DNA of 64,000 nt from the sequence record OR776998, one strand, 5' to 3'. Positions 51,399-60,527 of the stretch are shown here, piece by piece. The translations under genes were made by a program, and so were the position numbers. The DNA comes from Escherichia phage YX22. The first letter of the stretch is position 1, and every line of letters starts with the position of its first letter. The notes under the pieces were generated by a model that had not been told where the DNA came from, ran no database searches, and saw only the letters and a program-made list of their open reading frames with translations.

Positions 51399-51971
51399 TT
51401 ATTTCTTCAGATCAGGCCACGCACCAGAGGTCGCAGTAGACCCAGCTGGGGGAGCAGACTCAAGATCGGGAGAACCCGACTGAGTAACAACAGTGGGATC
51501 TTTCTGTACGACCCGAACCCCAAATTGCTTGAGAGCATCCATAGCTTGGGCTTTTCGCCTGTTGCTTTTGTAGTGGTTGTAGCCTTTGATACCGAATGAT
51601 GCACTAATTGCTGTCAATAACGAATAGGTATACCATTCAGGTGCGGTATCTAGTGCCTGAAGGCCACCGATTACTGCTTTGATGAAATCCCCTTTATGAT
51701 ACTCACCAGGGAACAGAATCAGTTCCACAACCGGAGCAGTCATGACGAGGATGGCGGGTATGGCCAACACGATAGTCCAGAATTCGTCTTTCCAAGACCC
51801 GCCGACTTCGGTAATCTTAGACAGCTCCCAATCTGAGGAGGACTTGATGGCCTCCAGCTTGACGTCGTGTTTGGCCTGTACAACTTCCCGCTTATATTGG
51901 ATCAAATCAGTCCCGAGGTTCCAGAGTTGCTTGAGCACCCCTGGGATCATACCAACGAGGGGGATTGCCAT
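51399..51971 (-). CDS. membrane protein (possible holin-like)
   Basis: ATG at 51971 with an AAGGAG SD. TM segments FWTIVLAIPAILVMTAPVVELILF and YSLLTAISASFGI. The holin idea is speculative. Confidence 0.5.
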   Translation of the reverse strand: MAIPLVGMIPGVLKQLWNLGTDLIQYKREVVQAKHDVKLEAIKSSSDWELSKITEVGGSWKDEFWTIVLAIPAILVMTAPVVELILFPGEYHKGDFIKAVIGGLQALDTAPEWYTYSLLTAISASFGIKGYNHYKSNRRKAQAMDALKQFGVRVVQKDPTVVTQSGSPDLESAPPAGSTATSGAWPDLKK

Positions 51972-52050
51972 AATAAACTCCTTGGTCAATGAATGGCTCT
52001 ATGGTTAAATATGCCCACGTGCTAACGGCACGGATAACCTGGAGAATTAC

Positions 52051-55050
52051 ATGACCGTTTTCTATACGAACGTTGCCCGCAGGGGCAATGACCTGTTGAT
52101 TCGAATTGCAGATGACATGGGTAATCGCCGTCTGTTGAAAAAGAAATTCGAACCCACTCTCTATTTACCCACGGCTGACTATTCAAATGTTGAAAAGGTC
52201 GGCCTTCTCAATGAACCCCTGGTAGCCAAGCAGTTCCCTTCCATGCGTGACGCTGATAACTATCTTGAAGAGTACAAGGAAGTCCAGGGTGCTGCCATTT
52301 ACGGGCAGACCGATTATGCATACCAGTTCATTGCCCATAGCTTTCCTGGAAAGATTGAGCCGGATTATTCCAACATCCATATTGCTAACCTCGATATCGA
52401 AGTGTTCTCCGCCGGGTGGAAAGATGGAAAGATGACCAAAGGTCCATTCCCTCACCCAACCATTGAGCAGCAGACGTTCAAAGGAAATGAGGCGCGCATT
52501 CGCCGCTTCCATAAACAAGTGCTGGCCAACCATGACTTCATCCGTGAGCACTTCCCTGGTTCTTTCATCAGCAACAACGTCACTGATCAGTTCCCTATCA
52601 TTGACAGCAACGGCAAGATCACCCAAGACATGAATGCGGCGTTCCCTATCACGCTTATCCAGCTTCAGGACATGGCGACCAATAAGTTCATGGTGTGGGG
52701 TATGCCGTGCGCGAAGGATCGTGCGAAGTTCAGATACGATCCAGAAGACGCGGAGATCGGTGGACTTGAGGTTGTCTATCAGGAGTTCACTACTGAACAA
52801 GATCTGCTGCGCTCTTTCCTGGACTTCTGGTCGGAGCGTCAGTTTGATGGCTGGACAGGCTGGAACATTGAAACGTTCGATAGCCCGTATCTTGTTGAGC
52901 GCATGAATCAGGTTCTGGGTGAGGCTGAAACGTCGCGCCTCAGTCCTTGGGGTATCATTAAGAAGCGTATCATTCGCGATAAGAAGGGCGATATCACGAC
53001 GTATCAGTTCGTGGGTTGCCCTATGCTCGATTATATGCAGATCTACAAGAAACACACGTACACCACCCGTGAACGCTACTCTCTTGACTGGATTGCGTAT
53101 TGTGAGCTGGGTGAGAAGAAGATGGACTACAGTGAGAGCAAGTCACTCTTTGATCTGTACTTCAACGACTACTGCAAACACACCCGATATGGTATCAAAG
53201 ACGTTAAGCTGGTATGGCGACTTGAACAGAAGCTGCGCCTGCTCCAGCTGATGTTCGTCCTGGCCTACCGCACCAAGTCCAACTATGAAGACGGTCTGGG
53301 CACTGTGGCTCCGTGGCTGGCCATGTGCTACTATCGTCTGTATGAGAAGGGGATAGTGCCTAAGATCCAGCGTGTATACGATGGTCCGACCGACTTTGAG
53401 GGTGCATACGTCATGGATGTGACACCAGGAATCTACTTCTGGGTCTTCTCGGAAGATTTGAACTCCCTGTATCCTCACATCATTCAGCAGTACAACCTCG
53501 GTCCAGAGACTATCGTTGGCGACAAACACCAGCGCCGTGAGATTATTGAGGCTATGTGTGAAGAGCTGGCTGCTCAGATGAATAACATGGCAACGCCGAT
53601 GCACAAACGTCGGTTGATGAAAGCCCTTCACGACAAGCTGTTGCGTGCGGTTGACGAACGCCTGCAGGTTGTTGATGAGTTGGTTGCCCTGGGTGAGTTC
53701 CACTTTGAAACCCTGCGCCGTTACAACGTGTCGTTCACGCCGAACGTTCAATTCTTCAGCAACGAGAAGATGTCGTTCCTGTCTGAAATCATGCGCGGTA
53801 TCTACAGCGACCGTAAAGTAGAGAAGGCCAAGGGTCTGAAGTATGAGCAGTGGGCTGGCTGGTGTAAAGAGATGTCGAAGGGTGACTTCCATCTTGAGTC
53901 TGCCATGAAGTCTCGCTACTATGACCCAGAGTGGTATGAAGAGCACAAGAACATTGATCTTGATGCCCTGACCGAAGTGATGAAGAAGTGGGAAGACCTG
54001 GGCGTCGCTCAAGATACCCTACAGCAAGGTCTGAAGATCTTGATGAACGCAGGTTATGGCGCTATCTCGAACGTCTGGTTCAAAGAGTACTTCAACCTCA
54101 ACATTGCCGAAGCCATCACCACATCCGGTCAGCTGATCAACAAGTGGAATAAGCGTTACACTGATGACTATCTGAACAAGCTGTGTGGTACAACAGGCCA
54201 GGACTTCGTCATCGCAGGGGATACCGACTCCAACTACATCTGCATTGAGCGTCTTGTCAAGCAGTTGTGGCCTGATGTTACTGACCATCATGCTATGGTT
54301 GATAATATCGACCAATGGATCAAAGACAACTACCAGCCGAAGACCAATGAGTGGGCACAGCTTCTGTGTAACACCATGAACGGATTTGAACAGCGCATGG
54401 TGTGGGAGCGTGAGGTCATTGCGTCAGCCGCTGTCTGGCGAGCCAAGAAGATGTATGCCATGGCCGTGTACGACAGTGAGGGTATCAAGTACGAGAAGCC
54501 GAAGATCAAGTTCAAAGGTCTGGAAGCCCGCAAGTCCACCACGCCGGAATGGTGTCGTGAACGCCTTGTCAAGTGCTATGAGAAGATCCTACTCGGCACC
54601 GAAGAGGAAGTACAGACGCTCATCTCCCAGTACAAAGAGGAGTACATGAAACTCTCTGTAGACGATATCGCCAAGGCTTCCGGCGTGTCCGACATAGAGA
54701 AGTGTGTGGCTGCTGACGGATCGTTCATCTCTGGTGCTCATTTTGCTGCAAAGGCTTGTGTGGGTTACAACCGTCTGGTTGAGAAGAACGAAGATCTGGG
54801 TCTACCGATGATCGAGTCGGGTGATAAGGTACAGATGGTGTTGTTGAAGCCAGGCAACCCATTCGGCCAGAATTACTTTGCATATCCTGAGTTCTTCCCC
54901 GAGGAGCTTGGTCTGGGTAAATGGGTGGATTATCAGGCGGCCTTTGAGAAGTCCTTCATTGATCCGATTCAGTCTATCCTCGACGTGGTCGGCTGGTCAC
55001 ACAAGCGCCGTGTGAACCTTCTTGCCATGATGCAAAAGAAGAAAGGTTGA
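52051..55050 (+). CDS. family B DNA polymerase (T4 gp43-like)
   Basis: ExoI LDIEVF, motif A DLNSLYPHII, motif B KILMNAGYG, motif C IAGDTDSNY. Confidence 0.95.
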   Translation: MTVFYTNVARRGNDLLIRIADDMGNRRLLKKKFEPTLYLPTADYSNVEKVGLLNEPLVAKQFPSMRDADNYLEEYKEVQGAAIYGQTDYAYQFIAHSFPGKIEPDYSNIHIANLDIEVFSAGWKDGKMTKGPFPHPTIEQQTFKGNEARIRRFHKQVLANHDFIREHFPGSFISNNVTDQFPIIDSNGKITQDMNAAFPITLIQLQDMATNKFMVWGMPCAKDRAKFRYDPEDAEIGGLEVVYQEFTTEQDLLRSFLDFWSERQFDGWTGWNIETFDSPYLVERMNQVLGEAETSRLSPWGIIKKRIIRDKKGDITTYQFVGCPMLDYMQIYKKHTYTTRERYSLDWIAYCELGEKKMDYSESKSLFDLYFNDYCKHTRYGIKDVKLVWRLEQKLRLLQLMFVLAYRTKSNYEDGLGTVAPWLAMCYYRLYEKGIVPKIQRVYDGPTDFEGAYVMDVTPGIYFWVFSEDLNSLYPHIIQQYNLGPETIVGDKHQRREIIEAMCEELAAQMNNMATPMHKRRLMKALHDKLLRAVDERLQVVDELVALGEFHFETLRRYNVSFTPNVQFFSNEKMSFLSEIMRGIYSDRKVEKAKGLKYEQWAGWCKEMSKGDFHLESAMKSRYYDPEWYEEHKNIDLDALTEVMKKWEDLGVAQDTLQQGLKILMNAGYGAISNVWFKEYFNLNIAEAITTSGQLINKWNKRYTDDYLNKLCGTTGQDFVIAGDTDSNYICIERLVKQLWPDVTDHHAMVDNIDQWIKDNYQPKTNEWAQLLCNTMNGFEQRMVWEREVIASAAVWRAKKMYAMAVYDSEGIKYEKPKIKFKGLEARKSTTPEWCRERLVKCYEKILLGTEEEVQTLISQYKEEYMKLSVDDIAKASGVSDIEKCVAADGSFISGAHFAAKACVGYNRLVEKNEDLGLPMIESGDKVQMVLLKPGNPFGQNYFAYPEFFPEELGLGKWVDYQAAFEKSFIDPIQSILDVVGWSHKRRVNLLAMMQKKKG

Positions 55051-55076
55051 TTCAATAAACCAAAGGGGGATATAAT
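55051..55076 (+). promoter_or_regulatory. TTCAAT-N14-TATAAT promoter-like element
   Basis: TTCAATAAACCAAAGGGGGATATAAT directly after the polymerase stop. Confidence 0.55.
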
Positions 55077-55112
55077 TCCCCCTGTTAACCCTTTGACAAA
55101 CAGGTGATTGAA

Positions 55113-55454
55113 ATGAAACTCAATAAGATTCTTCTGGTGTGCGCTCTGGCTTTCTCTACCACTGCGTGCTCCACCCTTCTGGACGTTGCGTCTACTGTAG
55201 ACCTTGACGCGCCGACGTTCACCAATGAGCAGGCTGTGTCCAAGATGGAAGACACCATCAAGGCGCATGCGGCGTTGGATAACGCCACCCCAGGTCCGCT
55301 CCAAACTGTCTGCAACTATGACGATTCCATCCAGGAAGACGAAACTTACCACTGCATCACCTACGTGAAGCAGGCCTCCGTCGTTCTGTATGCAGATTGT
55401 ACCGAAGAACAGTGTGTTGCTACAGGCTACGATAAAGTTGAGGAAGACAAATGA
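55113..55454 (+). CDS. putative lipoprotein
   Basis: MKLNKILLVCALAFSTTAC is a signal peptide with a lipobox-like TTAC. AGGTGA SD. Confidence 0.55.
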   Translation: MKLNKILLVCALAFSTTACSTLLDVASTVDLDAPTFTNEQAVSKMEDTIKAHAALDNATPGPLQTVCNYDDSIQEDETYHCITYVKQASVVLYADCTEEQCVATGYDKVEEDK

Positions 55455-56230
55455 ACAACCTGGTTTGTATCTATGATATGAAATCAAAGGTCGGTGGTCT
55501 GTATCGCGTCCTCGTGGATGTTGACCTGACGTTGGTCGACAGCCTCTCCCCTTGGGTGCAGTGGTTCAATGAAGAGAACATCGCCGCCGCTGCTATCGCT
55601 ACGGGGGAACATAAGTCATACCAGTTCCAGCCGATTACTAAAGAGTGTTATATGTCCCATGCTGGCGACCTGGCTATTCTGATGCGTGAACGTGCGCATC
55701 CGGCGTGGCTATACCATGAAGTCCAATTGGGGATGCACAAACAACGTGTGCCAAGCGGTAACGATCCTATGGACTGGTGGCGTCGCCCTGACTTGTACGC
55801 CAAGATGAACCCGCTCCCCGGCGCTTACGAGTTCCTGGTAAATCTGAAGGATATCTTGCTTGAAGATTTCGACAATGTTGAATTCATCGCGGTGTCGAAG
55901 TGCGAGCCGGAACACGAGCGCAGCAAGCGCCAGTTTGTCTATGACAAGTTCCCTGGTATCTTCAACGGGTTTGTCAGCACCGACGAAAAGCATCTGCTGG
56001 CTGGCGATGTCCTGATTGATGACAATCCGAAGTATGTCGAGCCATGCGGCCTGAACAACATCTTTGTCATCTTTGTTCCTCAGGGCAATTATGAAAAACT
56101 GGATCTTTCGAACTCGGAAGATATGCTTTATATTAAACCAGTAGAAGGCCAGAACCACTTCGACTTCCTGAATCACAATATTATTGAAGTGGTCAATCGC
56201 CTGATTAGTCATTATCAATACGTCCGATAG
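55451..56230 (+). CDS. HAD-superfamily 5'(3')-deoxyribonucleotidase-like protein
   Basis: DVDLTLVD (DxDxT motif I) and a late VLIDDNP (DD motif). Confidence 0.55.
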   Translation: MNNLVCIYDMKSKVGGLYRVLVDVDLTLVDSLSPWVQWFNEENIAAAAIATGEHKSYQFQPITKECYMSHAGDLAILMRERAHPAWLYHEVQLGMHKQRVPSGNDPMDWWRRPDLYAKMNPLPGAYEFLVNLKDILLEDFDNVEFIAVSKCEPEHERSKRQFVYDKFPGIFNGFVSTDEKHLLAGDVLIDDNPKYVEPCGLNNIFVIFVPQGNYEKLDLSNSEDMLYIKPVEGQNHFDFLNHNIIEVVNRLISHYQYVR

Positions 56231-56239
56231 GAGGACATC

Positions 56240-56545
56240 GTGCAAGAACAATCCAAGTTTGGGGAAACCCCAGACAAGCGTTCCGGTGATAGCGACATGG
56301 ATAGCGTGATTAACCATGTGAACAACTTCATTCGTCAGCAGGAGACTCCAACTCCTATCGGTGCAGCCAAGGCTCTTCATGATGTACTGGTGAAGATCGG
56401 CCAGCGCTCTGAAGCGGATGAAATCTTCTATAACTTTGAAGACCAGTATAAAGTGAAGTTTGAAGAAAACGGTCGTCCGCAGGTTGCTGTGTTCTGGGCA
56501 CCTTGGCTGGGCGGCGTGAGCTGGCGTATTGAGGATGCTGTGTGA
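56240..56545 (+). CDS. hypothetical protein (GTG start)
   Basis: AGGAGG SD 6 nt before the GTG. Confidence 0.5.
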   Translation: MQEQSKFGETPDKRSGDSDMDSVINHVNNFIRQQETPTPIGAAKALHDVLVKIGQRSEADEIFYNFEDQYKVKFEENGRPQVAVFWAPWLGGVSWRIEDAV

Positions 56546-58143
56546 TGTCTCGCTACCATTACACATATAGGATAACCCATGTCCCAACTGGTAGATTCTA
56601 CGTCGGGATTCGGTCTTGTTCATGCACCCCCGAACAAGATCCCTATATGGGTTCTGGTGTGATCATCAAAAGGTTGTTGGAATCTCACCCCGCTTCTGAA
56701 TTCTTAAAGACGATAATAGAAAAGTTTGAAACCAGGTTGGAAGCATCCGACCTGGAGTCTATTATTGTTACGGAAGAGTTACTGTTGGACCCATTATGCC
56801 TGAACCTGAAATTGGGAGGAGACAATTCTATCATCCCAAACCAATTTAAGGCGGCGTTGGCTAGGACTGGCAAGAAATACAAATCTGGTATAAATCCTTG
56901 GGATGATCCAGAATACCGGGAACGTGTAATAAAATCAATAAAGGAGAACAGGGGTAATTCTCCCTACCCATTCATGGTTTCAAATGGTTATTGGTGGGTT
57001 TGGAAGGACGCCTGTAGGATCTATGATAGATGGGTGAACAACGGTGGTACTGTGAATCCTACCTGTATGCCAAAACGAGGATGTGGTTACAAATCTATCG
57101 GATTGTGGTATTCTAAACTACTGGACACAGAGTATCGTAATCTAAAGGGCGATGAGAGCGTCTTTCGTAATATGATCGCCATGTTTAAAGATGGTTGGAT
57201 TCCCAAAGAGGACAAACGTTTTATGACTATGATAAATTCTAGCGTGACGCCGGGTATTGTCGTTATTCGCGGGACAAGTGGAACGGGAAAGGGGACTCGT
57301 GTCGTTCAATTCCTTGAGTGGTTGAGAACCAAATATGAGCCAGAACTCATAGAATACGAATTCGACAAGAAGATGATCCAGGTTGGGTTTTGGTTCAAGG
57401 AAATCAATCTGGTGTTCATCGGCAAGTATACAGTGTCCAACAAATCAGGTCTAGCATCATGGACTTCCATGGATTTCATACACTCCACTCTCAAGTCTTC
57501 TGAGATGGCCAATTCGTTGTTGAAGTATCTCAAAATAAAGTTCAAAGATGCAACTATCATCTTGGAGGGGGAACCTATGATGCAGAGCCATCGTTGGCGT
57601 CCCGAGTTCGTACACCAGGACTTGGGGTTCAACAACATGGCATTCATCTCCTTTATTTACCAAGCGCGGGAAGATTACGACAAACGTATCATCGGTCGTT
57701 CTGGTAAGGCGGCGAAGGACACTGGCTGGGGAAGAAATGAACAATACACCAAGGATCACGTCAAGATCATGGGTGAGTACGCTTCCATCGGATACGAACT
57801 TGAACCAGACTCTCAGAATGAGTTGTTCATTGCAAAGGCAGCGAATGAAAATGGTGTAAAGGCAGTTGGTTGGAATATACTGAAATTCTTCGATGCCCCT
57901 CTCCACTTTATTGGTAGTTTTATTATAGATTTTGTTGGATTGAGAGGGTTGTCCAAAGAAGAGTTTCAAAAATATTGCGACACCACACCAATGTTGCGCA
58001 AGATTAAGGGTAGCAACCCTTTGGCGCACAGAGTCCCTGAGAAGCCGCAGAAGGCATCCAAAACTAAAACCAAGGCGAGCGCCCAGCCAGAAGCAACGAA
58101 GGCAGCGTCGCGCTCTCTCCTTGACCTGATGAAGAAGGGGTGA
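56545..58143 (+). CDS. GIY-YIG nuclease domain fused to a P-loop NTPase/kinase-like domain
   Basis: The N-terminus YTYRITHVPTGRFYVGIRS..DPYMGSG is GIY-YIG. From about residue 240, VVIRGTSGTGKGT is a Walker A and TIILEGEP is Walker-B-like. It is one uninterrupted frame and is A+T-rich. Confidence 0.65.
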   Translation: MSRYHYTYRITHVPTGRFYVGIRSCSCTPEQDPYMGSGVIIKRLLESHPASEFLKTIIEKFETRLEASDLESIIVTEELLLDPLCLNLKLGGDNSIIPNQFKAALARTGKKYKSGINPWDDPEYRERVIKSIKENRGNSPYPFMVSNGYWWVWKDACRIYDRWVNNGGTVNPTCMPKRGCGYKSIGLWYSKLLDTEYRNLKGDESVFRNMIAMFKDGWIPKEDKRFMTMINSSVTPGIVVIRGTSGTGKGTRVVQFLEWLRTKYEPELIEYEFDKKMIQVGFWFKEINLVFIGKYTVSNKSGLASWTSMDFIHSTLKSSEMANSLLKYLKIKFKDATIILEGEPMMQSHRWRPEFVHQDLGFNNMAFISFIYQAREDYDKRIIGRSGKAAKDTGWGRNEQYTKDHVKIMGEYASIGYELEPDSQNELFIAKAANENGVKAVGWNILKFFDAPLHFIGSFIIDFVGLRGLSKEEFQKYCDTTPMLRKIKGSNPLAHRVPEKPQKASKTKTKASAQPEATKAASRSLLDLMKKG

Positions 58144-58145
58144 TC

Positions 58146-58343
58146 ATGAAACGGTTGTCTAATTATCTGTTGTTCATTGGTCTGGTTATGGCAGCCGTTT
58201 CAATGTGTACTGCCCTAGCCTATCATTTCACCCCTCTGGACTTAACAACCTCAGAGAAGTTGAACGTGACTGTGATGTACTGTATTGGCGCGGTGATGTC
58301 TATCGGCGCTGCTGGTTACAAAATATTCAAGGAACCAAAATGA
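58146..58343 (+). CDS. small membrane protein (2 TM)
   Basis: LLFIGLVMAAVSMCTALAY and VMYCIGAVMSIGAAGY. Confidence 0.5.
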   Translation: MKRLSNYLLFIGLVMAAVSMCTALAYHFTPLDLTTSEKLNVTVMYCIGAVMSIGAAGYKIFKEPK

Positions 58344-58717
58344 AAATTCAAATCCCTCGCGATGCTGTGGCTGTTGCGATTGACTACACCGGAAACGCCA
58401 AGCACATTACTGCCGTGCGCCTGATTCCTGAAAAGAACTGCGTCATCCCTCAGTTCCAGCTGAATGCTAATCCGTCGTCCAAAGACTTCGGCAAGTGGTT
58501 GCAGGCTGCTCCGTTCCGTACCCAGACGAATGCTCAGATGTTCATCTCGGGTAAGACCCAAACTGCAGCCCGTCTGTGGTTCGTGACCGCTGACCGTCGC
58601 TTTGTCGATATGTGGGAACGTCCGATGGGGTTCGTGAAGCCGGAAGATATTCAGCTGGATCCTGAGCCTGAAGCTGTGGCTCCTGAAGAGGAAGCGAAAG
58701 ATGCATCATTTATCTAA
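58340..58717 (+). CDS. hypothetical protein
   Basis: The ATG at 58340 overlaps the previous stop (ATGA). The earlier part of the ORF-track frame is discounted. Confidence 0.5.
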   Translation: MKIQIPRDAVAVAIDYTGNAKHITAVRLIPEKNCVIPQFQLNANPSSKDFGKWLQAAPFRTQTNAQMFISGKTQTAARLWFVTADRRFVDMWERPMGFVKPEDIQLDPEPEAVAPEEEAKDASFI

Positions 58718-59936
58718 AATGCCGACGGGCTATACGCCTCCGGCTGAATGGAAGTACCCGATTGACCTGGCTGTTGATTATCGCAAGCCTGAGAATCGCA
58801 TGTACCTGCTCAAGGCTTGGGTGGAGGCGCTGTCCTACACAGAAGAGCACAACCAGCAGATGCGTCTGATGGACTATGCGATCGAAGTCACTGAAGGCAT
58901 CAGCCTCGAACAGAAAGTCGAGCGCAAGATCTGGATGGCATTCCTGTGGGGTTGTTGCTATAACGCTGTCGGACCGTGGACAATCTACAGTGAGTTCCCT
59001 GTACCACCCCAGTCCAAAGAAGAGATGCAGCGCTTCTCAGACTGGTACAACCTGAACTTTGAACGCATGCGATTCGATACCGACTGTCGCTACCGCAAGT
59101 CCAAGATGATTCCGTGTGTTCAGTCCTATATTGACTGGCTGGCTGGCCGTACTCAATATGACGCTTTCCGTGGGATGTTGGTGTGCATCGATAAGACAGA
59201 ACAATTCACCCAGCTGTGGGACACGGCGATGTCCTGGAAATACTTCGGTCGCCTGAGCGCCTGGAACTTCCTGGAAGCCCTGAACATGGTCTTCGGGAAC
59301 GAATACACCATTGACGTCCCTGGGTTCATGTTGCGTGACCGTGATGGAAGCGAGTCCAACCGTAATGGCGCGGCGTTCTTGTCCAACCGTGACGATTGGG
59401 TGACTAAACACGGGAAGAAAAAGATCAACGGTTGTCCTATCACGGATGAAGAGTGTGACATCCTTGAGGCCGACCTTGAGCAGGCGTTCCAGGATTGTGT
59501 GGCTGAGTTCGGGCACCTGACGTTCATCAACCGCCTGAACTTTGAAACCTCCGGTGCTTGTTGGCTGAAGAAATTCTTCCGACTGAAGAATACCCGTTAC
59601 ATCGGGTGGGACGCAGAGCGTACCTGGGATGAGATAGACTACATGGAACGCGTCTGGCCTGAATACTCCTGCGCAGCGCTCTGGGAAGCCCGTTCTCTCT
59701 GGCTGCCAGATACCCTGTTGTGTGAAAAGGCTCCTGCAGGGCACGTTCCAGGCGTCCAGAAGTGGAAGATGCCTGTGTTCTTTGAGACTGGTGTTCCTCT
59801 GCATATCTGGCACCTGCAAAGGGGTACGCGCTGGGAACCGTCCGAGGTATGTACGAACCTGAAGATGCCTGTGCGCAAGGTTGAGGACAAGCCGAAGTCC
59901 AGCAGCGTCAACCTCATGACACTCTTGAAACGCTGA
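58701..59936 (+). CDS. hypothetical 411-aa protein, Trp/Cys-rich
   Basis: GAGGA SD. No motif that I can name with confidence. Confidence 0.6.
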   Translation: MHHLSKMPTGYTPPAEWKYPIDLAVDYRKPENRMYLLKAWVEALSYTEEHNQQMRLMDYAIEVTEGISLEQKVERKIWMAFLWGCCYNAVGPWTIYSEFPVPPQSKEEMQRFSDWYNLNFERMRFDTDCRYRKSKMIPCVQSYIDWLAGRTQYDAFRGMLVCIDKTEQFTQLWDTAMSWKYFGRLSAWNFLEALNMVFGNEYTIDVPGFMLRDRDGSESNRNGAAFLSNRDDWVTKHGKKKINGCPITDEECDILEADLEQAFQDCVAEFGHLTFINRLNFETSGACWLKKFFRLKNTRYIGWDAERTWDEIDYMERVWPEYSCAALWEARSLWLPDTLLCEKAPAGHVPGVQKWKMPVFFETGVPLHIWHLQRGTRWEPSEVCTNLKMPVRKVEDKPKSSSVNLMTLLKR

Positions 59937-59941
59937 TATAA

Positions 59942-59968
59942 ATATCCTCGCCTATAAAGCGAGGATAT
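59942..59968 (+). promoter_or_regulatory. 10-bp hairpin sequestering the SD of the next ORF
   Basis: ATATCCTCGC-cctataaa... pairs with GCGAGGATAT. The GAGGA SD of the 59973 ORF lies in the 3' arm. Confidence 0.35.
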
Positions 59969-59972
59969 TATC

Positions 59973-60140
59973 ATGTTACAAGATCTGCTGGTTTATGCGC
60001 TTCCTGGCGCGGTTGTCGGCTTCATCGCTGGTGCTCTGGTCTTCCGTAAACACGCGCAAGATGGTGAAGTGATTGTTCAGAAAGGCAAAGAGATTCTGGA
60101 CCAGATCGAAGCCAAACTGGAAGAGCTGAAGAAAAAGTAA
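59973..60140 (+). CDS. small membrane protein (55 aa)
   Basis: Below the ORF-track cutoff. TM segment LLVYALPGAVVGFIAGALVF, then a charged helix. Confidence 0.45.
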   Translation: MLQDLLVYALPGAVVGFIAGALVFRKHAQDGEVIVQKGKEILDQIEAKLEELKKK

Positions 60141-60159
60141 TCTGACTGGGGTTGCTTCC

Positions 60160-60185
60160 TTCAATAAAGGGGAATGGGTTATTAT
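60160..60185 (+). promoter_or_regulatory. TTCAAT-N14-TATTAT promoter-like element
   Basis: The -10 element sits in the loop of the terminator hairpin. Confidence 0.4.
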
Positions 60186-60207
60186 TAGCCCGTTCCCCTT
60201 TCTTTTT
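60169..60207 (+). terminator. rho-independent terminator
   Basis: GGGGAATGGG/CCCGTTCCCC (10 bp, one G.U) followed by TTTCTTTTT. Confidence 0.7.
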
Positions 60208-60308
60208 GCAAGAATATACATCATGGCAATGCAACGAATTGAAGATATGTCTCTACTCAACATGGAAGCGACTTTTGGCGCTTCCGTTATCGTCATGGGA
60301 GAATCCAA

Positions 60309-60527
60309 ATGATCAAGAATACCCGAACAATGAAGCGCGCAATCGCTCACTGTGTCCATTCAGTGGCAACTATTATGTTCCGCCACCACATCACATTTGA
60401 TGAAGCACTGGACCCACAGTACCATGAAGAGCGTTGGGATTTGTTGTTAAAGAACGGTGCCAATCCTGAGCATAAAGATCAACTCCTTGGGATGACCAAG
60501 GCGCAGCTCGTCGGTGAATCCAAATGA
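60309..60527 (+). CDS. hypothetical protein
   Basis: 72-aa ORF with a GGGAGA SD. Confidence 0.5.
   Translation: MIKNTRTMKRAIAHCVHSVATIMFRHHITFDEALDPQYHEERWDLLLKNGANPEHKDQLLGMTKAQLVGESK

Noticed and set aside
51985-52011. GTCAAT-N14/15-T(T)AAAT(A) upstream of the DNA polymerase gene
   Set aside because: Both the box and the -10 element are off-consensus, so it is too weak to call.
52183-54012. Two minus-strand ORFs of about 290 aa inside the DNA polymerase gene
   Set aside because: They are antisense shadows of a gene with all the family-B polymerase motifs.
59937-59944. Exact T4 late consensus TATAAATA
   Set aside because: It is a single occurrence. This genome's recurrent late motif is CTAAATA. 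It is left unassigned, although it does precede the 55-aa ORF.
60223-60312. 29-aa ORF (MAMQRIEDMS...) and a 16-aa ORF at 62704
   Set aside because: They are too short to support without comparative or translation data.
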